Shown here: in pieces, positions 37,131 to 47,277 of the stretch
How positions within the stretch are numbered: the stretch's first letter is position 1
How the letters are laid out: each line of letters begins with the position of its first letter
Translations under genes and position numbers: made by a program
DNA from: Polynucleobacter sp. JS-Safj-400b-B2
Lineage (GTDB): Bacteria > Pseudomonadota > Gammaproteobacteria > Burkholderiales > Burkholderiaceae
Assembly (NCBI RefSeq): GCF_018881975.1
Contig: NZ_JACVPJ010000004.1
Location: 202,290 to 266,289 of the forward strand
DNA: 64,000 nucleotides
Direction: 5' to 3'
The notes under the pieces: generated by a model
Told to the model about the DNA's origin: nothing
Seen by the model: only the letters and a program-made list of their open reading frames with translations
Databases searched by the model: none

Positions 37131-38201
37131 TTAATTAGGCGCCTCGTCCCAAGTGCGCCCATCTAGGATCCGGCCAGCCTTTTTCTTGCCGACTCTACGC
37201 ATATGCACATCGCCACGCAAAAAACGGCCATCGCATTCGCGGTCAAACCGAACATGCTCGACAATTCCACAGCGCATATCGCCACCTAAATCGCCACCGG
37301 CACGCAGTTGATCCGGGTAGTATTCTCCCCATTGTTTAAATAAGAAAGGCACATCATGTCCAATGCATTGATCACGTAAATTTTGGGCCCATGCGGGATG
37401 CATAGGCCTTGCTCCAGGCCCTGATTCTCCGCCGACAATGACCCAATCGATACCGCAGTCCCAACCGGTCCATGAGGCTTCAATCCCGCAATGTGGGCAT
37501 AAAGGGATAACTTCTCCGTTGGCAGCCAAAAATACCTCAGTAGAATCTTTATCTACATAAGGTGTATCTGGGCACACATCCATGCAGGTAATGCCGGTAG
37601 GATCGAGCCAGCGCGCAATATCGATCCTTCCTAATAGCGGCTCAATGCTCAAAAAGCGCTTTGCAGCCGGCACCTTTAATAGTTTTGGAATATCGCGATC
37701 GGCTTCCTCTTGGTTGCAGATCGTTGCCCCAATCCATACATTAGGCCAAGGCCATTGCGCGAGGGGTGAATGATTGTGTTGGCCGGTGCTACATAGGCTG
37801 TCGGGCTCCAATTCCTCAGTAGCCCGCGCAATCATAGGCTGTGCATTTCCGATGCGCTTAGTTAAAAGTAGCCAGTCTAAATTCGGTGTTTGGCGAATGA
37901 GGGCAAATAAATCCGTGCGCCAGTGGCGTGGCACTGCATTATCAAATACATCGGCCAGCGAAGCGCAAAAGACCTTGTAGCGCACACCTTTTTCACCGGC
38001 TTCTTTATTCCATTTGAGCGGCTGCTTCCAGTTGGCCTCAGTTGTTCGGCGACGCTCGGCGTTGGGGCCCCACGCAACAGAGCCACTACGCTTTGCCCAA
38101 CTCTCTGCATAACAATGATCGCAAGCGGGCGACACTTTGGCGCAACCCGTCCAGGGATTAAAGGTGTGATCACACCATTCAATAGTAGTATCTTTTGCCA
38201 T
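37131..38201 (-). CDS. Phage Gp37/Gp68-family protein
   Basis: N-terminal IEWCDHTFNPWTGC...CDHCYA Cys/His cluster and a 356 aa size. Family call from memory of the IEW(T/C)...NP..GC signature. Confidence 0.55.
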   Translation of the reverse strand: MAKDTTIEWCDHTFNPWTGCAKVSPACDHCYAESWAKRSGSVAWGPNAERRRTTEANWKQPLKWNKEAGEKGVRYKVFCASLADVFDNAVPRHWRTDLFALIRQTPNLDWLLLTKRIGNAQPMIARATEELEPDSLCSTGQHNHSPLAQWPWPNVWIGATICNQEEADRDIPKLLKVPAAKRFLSIEPLLGRIDIARWLDPTGITCMDVCPDTPYVDKDSTEVFLAANGEVIPLCPHCGIEASWTGWDCGIDWVIVGGESGPGARPMHPAWAQNLRDQCIGHDVPFLFKQWGEYYPDQLRAGGDLGGDMRCGIVEHVRFDRECDGRFLRGDVHMRRVGKKKAGRILDGRTWDEAPN

Positions 38202-38202
38202 T

Positions 38203-38925
38203 TTATTTCCGTGAATTTTGAAAATTTACGGCGCCTGTCTCGCCTTGAGTCGCCTTGCCATTAATAGGCCTAAACTCAATAACCCAGACCCAAGGGTTTG
38301 AGTCCCAGTTTCTATAAATAGAGCTCCAAAGATCACGGAATGTGTCTTTTCCATTCCCAAAAAAGCCATCGTCATTATGAGCATAGCGAGTTGCGCTAAA
38401 CACGCTTACAGCTTTTACGCCCTCAGCCATTGCATCTGCCTCGCTAATATCTTGAAGTCGCTCAATGCGTACATTGGTGATCTCTAAAGTGATGCGACTA
38501 GCAGATCTGGGCATATGGATAGATGGGTGCCATGCTGATCTTCGCTCACCGCCACCGTCATCATCCCCAGCCCATTCGTGATCGCCATCGGCGGCATAAA
38601 TCACATGACCTGTGTAGTAGCCACGCCCATGTTTAAGTTCGTGGACGTGGGTAGCTGGCCTATCAGGAGTCCACTCAATCATGTCGCCGTCTGCGTTGAT
38701 TGCATAGCTTATAACACCCCATGTCTCCCGCACCCACAAGCGATCCCCCACTTGACCATAAGGGCAGGCAAGAATTGCGTCAGGATCTTCAACGTGCCAG
38801 TTTTTATCTTTGCATTGTGCTCGACCAGATGCGTTAAGTTTTACAATACGCCTGGTTTGTGTCTTAGTGCCGTCAAGAATGGCTCTCACCATGTCGCCAT
38901 TGAATAGGATAGGACGCTCGATCAT
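38203..38925 (-). CDS. ASCH/PUA-like domain protein
   Basis: An N-terminal ILFNGDMVRAILDGTKTQTRR motif of the kind commonly seen in ASCH-domain proteins. Confidence 0.45.
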   Translation of the reverse strand: MIERPILFNGDMVRAILDGTKTQTRRIVKLNASGRAQCKDKNWHVEDPDAILACPYGQVGDRLWVRETWGVISYAINADGDMIEWTPDRPATHVHELKHGRGYYTGHVIYAADGDHEWAGDDDGGGERRSAWHPSIHMPRSASRITLEITNVRIERLQDISEADAMAEGVKAVSVFSATRYAHNDDGFFGNGKDTFRDLWSSIYRNWDSNPWVWVIEFRPINGKATQGETGAVNFQNSRK

Positions 38926-39164
38926 GCTTGCTCACCTTTAGCTTTCTTGTCGCCATCACTCACATCTAGAAAGATGGCTTTGTTTTCGCCACATACCGGG
39001 CAGCAAGCGCTCTTAAGCAATGTGGCACATTTTTCCATCGGCATTGGCAGATACGCCGCAACCCAATGGTGATCGCAAGATTTGCAAAGTACCTTTAACG
39101 GTGTTTTAGAGGGTGGTTTTTCCATTTGAAGGCTCTCCCCCGTTAATATTTTTTTAGCGCTCAC
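38922..39164 (-). CDS. Small zinc-ribbon protein
   Basis: CKSCDHH...CCPVCG Cys pairs. Overlaps both neighbours by 4 nt. Confidence 0.4.
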   Translation of the reverse strand: MSAKKILTGESLQMEKPPSKTPLKVLCKSCDHHWVAAYLPMPMEKCATLLKSACCPVCGENKAIFLDVSDGDKKAKGEQA

Positions 39165-41047
39165 GCCGCCATCTCCATAAATTGTTTATCAACATAGTTT
39201 TTCGCAACCAACGCCTGCGCGATAGGTGGGCAAACAGAATTGCCGACCATCTTCACTTGATTGGTTTTCGATAAGGGCTTGCCTTTGAACTCAAATTCAT
39301 GGATATAGCTCTCTGGAAAGCCTTGAGCTAAATAAAGCTCATGTGGTTGGAGCATGCGCATACCAATATCGACAATGACATAAGGCTCGCCATTCAGATG
39401 TACGATAACTAGACCAAACCGGTCCTTGGTTGGTATTGTGTGCAAGGGCTCATCGAGCGGTACACCATCTTTTTCATTGCCGTAATACTTGACCAGCAAT
39501 GCTCGAACCTCGCCAGCATGAGTGCCCCCAGCGGTAACGGTGTGCAATGGTGAATTTACAGGGCTGCCAACGTTATCGCCACGCAATTTGACCATGTGGC
39601 TAGTAACTAGACCTTGTGTAATTGCGGTGCCTGGTCGTTTTGGTTGGCCACCCGCAATAATGGTGTGCATCGGGGTATCAAGCTCAAAGCCAGTGCTACC
39701 AGTATTGAACTTAGTCATATGGGCAGTAACGACCGAATGATGATCAACTGTGGTGACAGTGCCGGTTGGCTTATCTAATGGCTGGCCAAGAACGCCCGTG
39801 TAATGTTTGGCCAAGAACGCCGATACAAGTGCGCGCCTATTCTCGGTGGTTTGGGTTTTTAAGGGCTCATCAAACGAAGATCCGCGCGTATCACCGGACT
39901 CAGTTTTATGGCCGTAATAGCTTGAAATATGCGCTGCCACCAGATTTTCTAACTCTTCTTCGTCTGCACCTTCATATGGAAGCTCAATTTCATCTAGTAC
40001 ATCAGAACAAGATGATTCACCACATTTTGGACATGTTGGATTTCTTTCGTAATCATCCACACCATATCGAGCGCCACAATTGTCGCAACCAAAGCGCCAA
40101 CGTCTAAGTGCGCCACTATCAGCTTTAGCTAGGGCTGGTACCACAATAGCCCTGTGATTTTCCGTGGGAACGGTACCCAGTGGTTTTAATGTTGACGATG
40201 GTTTTCCTGAATACACGGGGCCGCCTTGCCCGACAATAAATGGCTCCCCAGTCTCAATCACATAGCGCACTACACCTTTGGCTATGCGTTTAAGTGTTGA
40301 TTCAGCAAGAGGTTTCTTGCGATCAAAAATTGAAGGGCAGGGAATGGACCAGTCAATACACTCAGCTGCAGTTCGCCATTCCTTAAGCCTCTTAGGGTCA
40401 AAGCCTTTTGCCTTTGGGTTTCCATGAGTAATTTGTGGCCACTCAATTGGCATGCCATCGCAGCGAGCCACCAAAAAGAGGCGCTTGCGAATAGTTGGAG
40501 CTCCGTAGTCACTAGCGACCAAGGTTTTCCATTCAACTTGGTAGCCTAGTCTTTTTAATGCTTCAATCCATAGGTCAAAGGTTTTGCCTTTGCGTTTTTT
40601 GCATGGCATGAAGCCGCCAGTTTTTTTATCCTTAACAACAGGTCCCCAAAACTGCATTTCTTCAACGTTTTCCATCATGATTACGCGAGGGCGTACTTTG
40701 GAGGCCCAGCGAACCACCACCCAAGCAAGAGATCTCAACTGCTTGGAAACAGGGGTTCCCCCACGTGCTTTAGAAAAATGAGTGCATGACGGGCTGGCCC
40801 AGAGCAAACCAACAGGCCGACCACCGCTAGCCTCAACCGGATCAACCTCAAAAATGTCTGAGCAGTAATGCTTAGTTTGAGGGTGATTGGCTGTATGCAT
40901 GGCAATAGCTGCTTCATCATGGTTGATCGCGATATCGACTGAGCGACCGATAGCCGCTTCTATACCGGTAGATGCACCACCACCGCCTGCAAATAAATCT
41001 ACGACGAGCTCGTTATGGATGGGGAGATTAAATTGGGGTGTAAGCAT
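39161..41047 (-). CDS. DNA (cytosine-5)-methyltransferase with an enlarged variable region containing about six reiterated TRD-like modules and an internal zinc ribbon
   Basis: Motif I DLFAGGGG, motif IV ASPSCTHFS (PC), motif VI ENV (MMENVEEM). Repeated modules PLxT(V/I)xxxxHxxLVxxxxxKxxG occur at least six times. The CDNCGARYG...CPKCG segment is a Zn ribbon. Confidence 0.8.
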   Translation of the reverse strand: MLTPQFNLPIHNELVVDLFAGGGGASTGIEAAIGRSVDIAINHDEAAIAMHTANHPQTKHYCSDIFEVDPVEASGGRPVGLLWASPSCTHFSKARGGTPVSKQLRSLAWVVVRWASKVRPRVIMMENVEEMQFWGPVVKDKKTGGFMPCKKRKGKTFDLWIEALKRLGYQVEWKTLVASDYGAPTIRKRLFLVARCDGMPIEWPQITHGNPKAKGFDPKRLKEWRTAAECIDWSIPCPSIFDRKKPLAESTLKRIAKGVVRYVIETGEPFIVGQGGPVYSGKPSSTLKPLGTVPTENHRAIVVPALAKADSGALRRWRFGCDNCGARYGVDDYERNPTCPKCGESSCSDVLDEIELPYEGADEEELENLVAAHISSYYGHKTESGDTRGSSFDEPLKTQTTENRRALVSAFLAKHYTGVLGQPLDKPTGTVTTVDHHSVVTAHMTKFNTGSTGFELDTPMHTIIAGGQPKRPGTAITQGLVTSHMVKLRGDNVGSPVNSPLHTVTAGGTHAGEVRALLVKYYGNEKDGVPLDEPLHTIPTKDRFGLVIVHLNGEPYVIVDIGMRMLQPHELYLAQGFPESYIHEFEFKGKPLSKTNQVKMVGNSVCPPIAQALVAKNYVDKQFMEMAA

Positions 41048-41142
41048 GATTAGAATTCAGCGGAAAGAAAACTCATCTTCCCCTTGAAATACCATAAGTC
41101 AAACTGCCAACACTATAATTAGCACGTCGGCAAATGCATGCA

Positions 41143-41715
41143 TTAATTAACTTTGCTTACTTTGATCAAAACTTCCTTGTGATGTCCATTGATATCATTC
41201 GCAATTGCAATCTCCTCGTCCAGAGTCACAACCAGGTTTGATTCGATGCGCGTACTTTCAACTGTCGGCACTTGGACTGTCAGATCACCTACCCGCACAT
41301 CCTTCATGCTTAGTAATTTAGATGTAAGCATCTCAAACTTTAAATTTAGATGACGATTATCAAGCCGGTCTCCGCGCTCCAAAGAAGTCCAGATGGTGTT
41401 GCCGACTTGCAAGTCCTTGTAATGCGATGATTCATGCGCGACCCCGCCAGCCTCTACAGTTGATAAGCTGGAGTCAAGATAACCAATTGTTTGACCAGTT
41501 TGAGTGATGCCTTTTCGACCATCCGCAAGTGTCAAGATGGTGAAATCACTATCGATGATCCCATTTTCCATGATGCTGATACGAACTGCATATTGTTCCG
41601 CATTGTTTTTGGTTAGCTTATCTGGCTCATGGCATTTATCTGCGCTCGCAGCCCCAGAAAATAGGGTCATTGCTAAAAACATTGGGCCAAAAAAACTAAT
41701 TGATGTCGCCTTCAT
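41143..41715 (-). CDS. Secreted hypothetical protein
   Basis: Start chosen at MKATSISFFGPMFLAMTLFSGAASA, a signal peptide. Confidence 0.4.
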   Translation of the reverse strand: MKATSISFFGPMFLAMTLFSGAASADKCHEPDKLTKNNAEQYAVRISIMENGIIDSDFTILTLADGRKGITQTGQTIGYLDSSLSTVEAGGVAHESSHYKDLQVGNTIWTSLERGDRLDNRHLNLKFEMLTSKLLSMKDVRVGDLTVQVPTVESTRIESNLVVTLDEEIAIANDINGHHKEVLIKVSKVN

Positions 41716-41948
41716 CTGAAATTTCCTTTTTAGTGAACTAACCAGTTGGTTATTCACTACTTTAAGGATTTTTTCGCGACAAATATTACGGAGTTCTAGT
41801 AAATATTTCACGCAATAAGAGAATCGTTGGCTTGAATTTATTGCTCTTAATCCAAATTACTCAATTATTTACCAGTATTCGTTAATCAATGGAGGCTCTT
41901 GGTTAGCAAAATAAAACGGTCACCAATACACGAATTAAGGACCGTTAT

Positions 41949-42281
41949 ATGAATGCCATTGCACTTACATCGCCACAATTAAAAAGATTCTTTCAAAAGA
42001 TGTCGTGGCCGATCATAGGCTTTATTGGGCTCTTAATGATGGGCGTTGATGTCGCTAACGCACAGGGAATCAACACTGCCGCTTTTTGCTTTTTTATCAA
42101 CAACTTCAAGCTAATCATTGCTGCAGTAGCAGTCATCGCCTTAATGGTTTGGGGCGCAATGTACATGATGAAAAAAGCAGATATAGCCGATGTTGGGTTA
42201 TATATTATTTCGGCTTGCGTACTCGTTGGTGCCGCGGGTGCAATCATTATGAATACCGGTTTAATGCCCCCTAGCTGTTAA
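41949..42281 (+). CDS. VirB2/TrbC-like conjugative pilin
   Basis: A 110 aa protein with a long leader and two hydrophobic segments, immediately upstream of VirB3/VirB4 homologues. Confidence 0.5.
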   Translation: MNAIALTSPQLKRFFQKMSWPIIGFIGLLMMGVDVANAQGINTAAFCFFINNFKLIIAAVAVIALMVWGAMYMMKKADIADVGLYIISACVLVGAAGAIIMNTGLMPPSC

Positions 42282-42297
42282 TAGAGCATTAGTAGAT

Positions 42298-42633
42298 ATG
42301 CTCAGAAACTCTTATGTTTACAAGGCACTTTCAAGAACGCACTTGGTTTTGGGAATTCCTGTAAAAATATTGGCCATTATTTGGTCAATTGCCTCCTTCA
42401 CAATCCTAGGTCTGTGGGTGGCTAAAGCATTGACTTGGTGGGATTGTATTGGCGTGCTAGCCATATTTTGGGCTATCCACAATCTGATTGCAGTCCAATT
42501 TGATAAGGATTCATTAATAGACAAGATTTATAAAATCTATTCAACAACCAAAGACCACTACCACCCAGAGTCCCGCATCTTAGATCGCATGCATGAGCGC
42601 CCAAGTAAATACGGCAGAGGCGTGCGATGCTAG
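42298..42633 (+). CDS. VirB3/TrbD-like protein
   Basis: A 111 aa protein with two TM helices. Its stop overlaps the VirB4 start. Confidence 0.5.
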   Translation: MLRNSYVYKALSRTHLVLGIPVKILAIIWSIASFTILGLWVAKALTWWDCIGVLAIFWAIHNLIAVQFDKDSLIDKIYKIYSTTKDHYHPESRILDRMHERPSKYGRGVRC

Positions 42634-45164
42634 GCCTTCGATTTAAAGATAAAGAAGTTGCCGGACCGGTACAGGAGGTCTGCCCATGGTTAGATTTTAT
42701 TAACCCTGAAATGATCCTATGCAAAGACGGTTCATTGCTTGCTGGCTTTGAATTTAATGGCGTAGACATTGAAAACGCTACCGATGAGCATAAAAATGCG
42801 GTAGTCAACGAGCTTCAAAGAGCTTATCAAGGGTTTGATAACAGAGATACGCTAACCTGGGTGTTTGACAAAAAGCGATCGTACAGCTATCCAGAAAATA
42901 TCTTTCTCAATCCAATCTCCAAAAGAATTGATGACCTGTACTCCGAGCCATTTCGGCAGGGTTACTACTTTACCCTCTCAAATCGCCTGTATTACCTTTA
43001 TACGGGCAAGGCCGGTATTGCGCGATTTATGGATACGTTCGCAAGAGAGACTGAAAAAAACGGAAAAAATGCATTAACGGCATTGCTTTTAGCCGCAAAG
43101 GACTCTCTAACCGGAAGAATTAGCTATGAAATCGATGGGCAGCAAATCATGCATAACATCGAGCAATTTGAGCGCCGTCTTACGCAGTTCTTAGTTCAAA
43201 CTCCGTCGATTAAATGGAAAAGGCTTGGGTATGAGGATTTAAAAAATGCTCTTTCAATGCAAATCAATCCAGCCTCAATCAACCACACAGCCAAAAAACC
43301 ATTTGGTCAAATGCTTGACTCATGGTTACCTAGTAATACGGTTACGCCCGGATCTGACATTATCCGATTTGATGGAGCTGGACGGACAAAGTACATGAGC
43401 ATTATTGGCATAAAGGAATGGCCAAACTTAACTCACCCTGACCTAATGGGTAAGTTAATGGAGATTGATACCGAAGTTACCGTTTGCCAGACTATGCGAT
43501 TTCTGGGTCATAAAGGGACGCAAGCCAAGCTAAATGATGCGGTAGATTTTTACAAGCTAACCCAAGTTGGGATCATAAAAAACGCCATCGCCAAGCTGAC
43601 TAAGAAACCCCCTGAACCTGACCCGGGCAAATATGAATTATATGCAGAATGCGTTCAGGCTCTAGCCAGACTTGAGGTTGATAACATTCAGTACGGATAC
43701 CACACCATGGCCGTGTGTACTAGTGCCGAATCAAAGAAAGAGCTTGCTCAGTCAGTAGAAAACATCAGCACAGTTCTGAGTCGAAACTTTCAAATCATTG
43801 CTGAAAGCATGAATGCTTTCGCCTCATGGGCAGCGACATTGCCGGGGCAGTGGGCTATGCAGTCACGCTGGTCATTGGTGAGCAATGAGAATTTGGCTGA
43901 TATTTCCCCGATTTTCACTATTAATCATAGACCCAAAAATAATGGAGCATTTGAAGAAATGCTCGGCAAAAAAGCTAATGCACTTTGCGTGTTTAATGAT
44001 ATTTACGGTGGAGTTGAATATTTTAATAGTCATGTTGACCAAGTGGGGCACGCCATCATTATTGCACCAACAGGGGGCGGCAAAACCACCATTGTAAACC
44101 TAGCTTTATCACAATTTCAGAAATACACGAAGGATGGCAAAGAGCCAAATACGATTGTTTTTGATAGGGACTATTCGGTTCGCATAACCGCCAAGCTTCA
44201 GGATGCATCGCACATTGACTTAAAGTCTGGTCGCATTCGAATGAACCCATTAATGGCGCTCTTTGACGATGATGCAAATTCCAACGAGGAAAAAACCAAC
44301 ACAAAAGACGACTCCAATCAAGAAATCTCATCTACAACAAATGGGTTCTTATGGTGCAGGGATTTTGTGGGACGAAGAATTGAGGCAAATGGATACAAGC
44401 TAACTGCCGAGGACATTAAATCAATAGATGATGGGCTTTTAATGCTTAAGGGGTCGCCAGCTCAAAAGCCAAGATTATCTAAGTTGGCAATATTGCTGCC
44501 AAAGCATTTGGCGGCTGAGTTAGGGGAGTGGCTAGAAGGTCGTCCATTTGGCATGTTTGATTCCGAGGATGATGAGTTCTCCCTAAGCTCATTTACTTGC
44601 ATTGAAATGAAAGAGTTTTTGGAAAACGAAAGATTGGCCCAAGCCTTCTTGGATTATGCATTTCGCAAGGTTTATTCGAAGCTGGATGGTAGGCCAACCT
44701 TTATCTACATTGAAGAGGCATCATTCCTACTCAATCATCCTACGTTCCAAAAAATGCTCGATGACTGGTTAAAAACATTTCGCAAAAAAGGGGCATTTGT
44801 TTGGATGGCCGTTCAATCGCCAACGTCAATTGTCAACGCAGAGATAGCGGCCAGCATTACGGATAACGTTAAAACCAAAATATTGCTATTCAATAAATCA
44901 GCTGAAGCCCATCGTGATTCATATAAGAAGTATTTTGGACTTGATGATTATCAAGTTGACAGAATTGCAAGTTTAGTAAAAAAACGCGATTACTACATTA
45001 TTTCAGATGGCGAGGCACGCACAGTTCAAACCCAGTTTTCAAAAGAATGTCTTGCCTATTTGAGATCTGAACAGCATTTGCAGAATATTTACGACGCCAC
45101 ATACAGCCCAGATGATGATAGCTGGAAAGAAAAATATATTGAAAAGGTCATGGTGCTTAAGTGA
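42627..45164 (+). CDS. trbE: VirB4/TrbE-family conjugative transfer ATPase
   Basis: An 845 aa protein with Walker A IIAPTGGGKTT and Walker B-like FIYIEEASFL. The gene context is pilin-VirB3-VirB4. Confidence 0.8.
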   Translation: MLGLRFKDKEVAGPVQEVCPWLDFINPEMILCKDGSLLAGFEFNGVDIENATDEHKNAVVNELQRAYQGFDNRDTLTWVFDKKRSYSYPENIFLNPISKRIDDLYSEPFRQGYYFTLSNRLYYLYTGKAGIARFMDTFARETEKNGKNALTALLLAAKDSLTGRISYEIDGQQIMHNIEQFERRLTQFLVQTPSIKWKRLGYEDLKNALSMQINPASINHTAKKPFGQMLDSWLPSNTVTPGSDIIRFDGAGRTKYMSIIGIKEWPNLTHPDLMGKLMEIDTEVTVCQTMRFLGHKGTQAKLNDAVDFYKLTQVGIIKNAIAKLTKKPPEPDPGKYELYAECVQALARLEVDNIQYGYHTMAVCTSAESKKELAQSVENISTVLSRNFQIIAESMNAFASWAATLPGQWAMQSRWSLVSNENLADISPIFTINHRPKNNGAFEEMLGKKANALCVFNDIYGGVEYFNSHVDQVGHAIIIAPTGGGKTTIVNLALSQFQKYTKDGKEPNTIVFDRDYSVRITAKLQDASHIDLKSGRIRMNPLMALFDDDANSNEEKTNTKDDSNQEISSTTNGFLWCRDFVGRRIEANGYKLTAEDIKSIDDGLLMLKGSPAQKPRLSKLAILLPKHLAAELGEWLEGRPFGMFDSEDDEFSLSSFTCIEMKEFLENERLAQAFLDYAFRKVYSKLDGRPTFIYIEEASFLLNHPTFQKMLDDWLKTFRKKGAFVWMAVQSPTSIVNAEIAASITDNVKTKILLFNKSAEAHRDSYKKYFGLDDYQVDRIASLVKKRDYYIISDGEARTVQTQFSKECLAYLRSEQHLQNIYDATYSPDDDSWKEKYIEKVMVLK

Positions 45165-46015
45165 AAAAAATATTATTAGTTTGTTTGCTTTCTATTTGTT
45201 CTTTTGCCCATGCGCAATATCAAGTTTTTGATGCAGCCGGATGGATGCAGACTAATGCCACTGCAATTTCGACCGTTAGAAATGAATTGCAAACGGCGCA
45301 AATGGTCTATACACAAGCCATTCAGTTGCAAAATCAACTAAGACAAGGCGTTGTTTCGGCAGCTACGCAACAGTTGATGATGCGTGATCCAGCTTTGGGC
45401 TCAATGCTCTCAAGCTGCGTGATAATGCCGGCGCAAAGCGCTAGCTACCCCCAATACAACACCGGGTATGCAGCATACAATGCGGCAGGATCTGCGTCAG
45501 GTTGCCTCGGGAGTATCTCTAATGGGGCTAACTCAATGGCTCAGGTGGACGCCCAAATGCTGACTACGCTTCAAAACCAGCAAGCCTACCTTACAAATGT
45601 TCAGGCAAATTATGGGGCAAGTGGCGTTAGCGGGCAGACCTACGCGCAGAATCTTGCTCTAAGCGCAGCAGCAGGAAACGCAAAGGCGCAGGATTTAATC
45701 GCCACAAATAACAGCATTAACGCTGAACTTGCGATTGTTTCCGCTAAAAGAAAATCTATTGCCGAGCAAATGCCCAATGTTGCGGGCATCACCGATAGCA
45801 TTAATTTGACAACAACAGCAGTGGACAATCTTACCGAGGTAACTATGGCCATGGCAGTTTTGCTCAAAAAGGATATTGAAATGAGGGCGGGTGAGCAATC
45901 TCAAAGCAACTCCCAATATCAACAATTCTTGCTTGATAGGGCCAATTACAACCAGAAACTAGTTAACGGCACAGGCGCATCTACATCCTCAACAACAATC
46001 ACCGCCCCATTTTAA
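45161..46015 (+). CDS. TrbJ/VirB5-like periplasmic protein
   Basis: Signal peptide and a Gln-rich coiled-coil (QLQNQLRQ). Positioned between VirB4 and VirB6 homologues. Confidence 0.5.
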   Translation: MKKILLVCLLSICSFAHAQYQVFDAAGWMQTNATAISTVRNELQTAQMVYTQAIQLQNQLRQGVVSAATQQLMMRDPALGSMLSSCVIMPAQSASYPQYNTGYAAYNAAGSASGCLGSISNGANSMAQVDAQMLTTLQNQQAYLTNVQANYGASGVSGQTYAQNLALSAAAGNAKAQDLIATNNSINAELAIVSAKRKSIAEQMPNVAGITDSINLTTTAVDNLTEVTMAMAVLLKKDIEMRAGEQSQSNSQYQQFLLDRANYNQKLVNGTGASTSSTTITAPF

Positions 46016-46026
46016 GAAAGAGTTAA

Positions 46027-47265
46027 TTGATGAATGGATTGCTTAAAAAGGGAGTATTTGCCGCAATACTCATACTTGCATCTGGCGCATCCTTTGCTCA
46101 GGCAAGCGCAGATCCTACCGCATCGATGTGGACAAATCTTGCGTCGATTGCGGATAACTTTTTCAATAACTTCAACATCTTCCAAAATGCCGACTCCCTC
46201 ATTTTGGGTGCTGGGCTAGGCATTTCTCAAAAGCTTATGAGCACTGCCCTAACCCTCGGGGGCTCGCTAGCTCTGATTAATTTGTTATGGGTAGCTATTG
46301 ACCACCTAGTTTTAAGGGGGCATCGCGATCTTATATGGCCCCCCATAATTCATTCCGTTGTAATGGCGGTAATTACAGGTGCCGTCCTTAGAGCCTACCC
46401 ATTACTAGCGCAAGGGGCAATAGACTTTTTTATGGGCGTAACAAATTTAGTATCTGGGTCAGCCTCAACAAGCCAGGTGCAATCCATTGGGAATCAGCTT
46501 ACTAATTTAGCTATCAACGGGATTAAATCAGCGCTTGAGTCGGTTCATGCATTTGATTGGAACGCTAAGGCAATTTTACTAATAATAATTGACGTTCTTT
46601 TGACGTTGATTGTGGGTCTATTTTGCATGATCATGGCAATTTTGATGTTTGTATCAGTGGTTAGTTCGATATTTACAGGAACCTTAATGGCAGGTTTAGC
46701 TATCGCATTAGGGCCACTTTTTATCGCCACAATTGCATCCGGATTTACAAGGACATTCTTCGATAAATGGTTTGGATTTTTATGTAGCGCTCTTTTCGTT
46801 AAGGTTGTTGTGATGACGATGTTAGCCCTTTTGGTTGGTATTTTTGATTCATCGACTAATGCTCAAAACTCTGTAGGCCAAATGAATGCCGGGGGCTTTG
46901 CGTTTGGAAAGTTATTGGTTCTCGCAGTCTCGCTATGGATCATGAAGCAATTGATGGAAAGTGCGCCCAATATTGCGTCCGCACTAATGCCTGGCGGGCT
47001 TGGCGTTAGCGTAAAGAGCGCCATGGGGACTGCTGTGGCGGCTGCATCAGGAGTCGTTGGGGCGGGCTTGGCGGCCGCTACCGGTGGCGCTGGCGCGCTA
47101 ATGGGTAATGCCGGAGCAATGTCGGCCGGCAAGGATGCCGCAGGAAAATTGGCGGCAGGTGCCATGTCAAACGCCAAAGAAGCGATGATGGGGAAGCTTG
47201 GCGCCACACCAAGAGCGGGGCCAGCATCAAAGCCCAAGCCATCCACTTCAGATTCTGGCGACTAA
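46027..47265 (+). CDS. TrbL/VirB6-like polytopic membrane protein with a Gly/Ala-rich C-terminal tail
   Basis: Signal peptide, about six TM helices and a C-terminal GGAGALMGNAGAMSAGKDAAGK low-complexity tail. Confidence 0.55.
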   Translation: MMNGLLKKGVFAAILILASGASFAQASADPTASMWTNLASIADNFFNNFNIFQNADSLILGAGLGISQKLMSTALTLGGSLALINLLWVAIDHLVLRGHRDLIWPPIIHSVVMAVITGAVLRAYPLLAQGAIDFFMGVTNLVSGSASTSQVQSIGNQLTNLAINGIKSALESVHAFDWNAKAILLIIIDVLLTLIVGLFCMIMAILMFVSVVSSIFTGTLMAGLAIALGPLFIATIASGFTRTFFDKWFGFLCSALFVKVVVMTMLALLVGIFDSSTNAQNSVGQMNAGGFAFGKLLVLAVSLWIMKQLMESAPNIASALMPGGLGVSVKSAMGTAVAAASGVVGAGLAAATGGAGALMGNAGAMSAGKDAAGKLAAGAMSNAKEAMMGKLGATPRAGPASKPKPSTSDSGD

Positions 47266-47277
47266 AAGGAACTATAA

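Noticed and set aside
30962-41047. A prophage, suggested by Gp37/Gp68, ASCH, TraR/DksA and orphan C5-methylase genes
   Set aside because: No capsid, portal, terminase, tail or lysis genes are present anywhere in the window. These genes also occur on plasmids and ICEs as anti-restriction modules.
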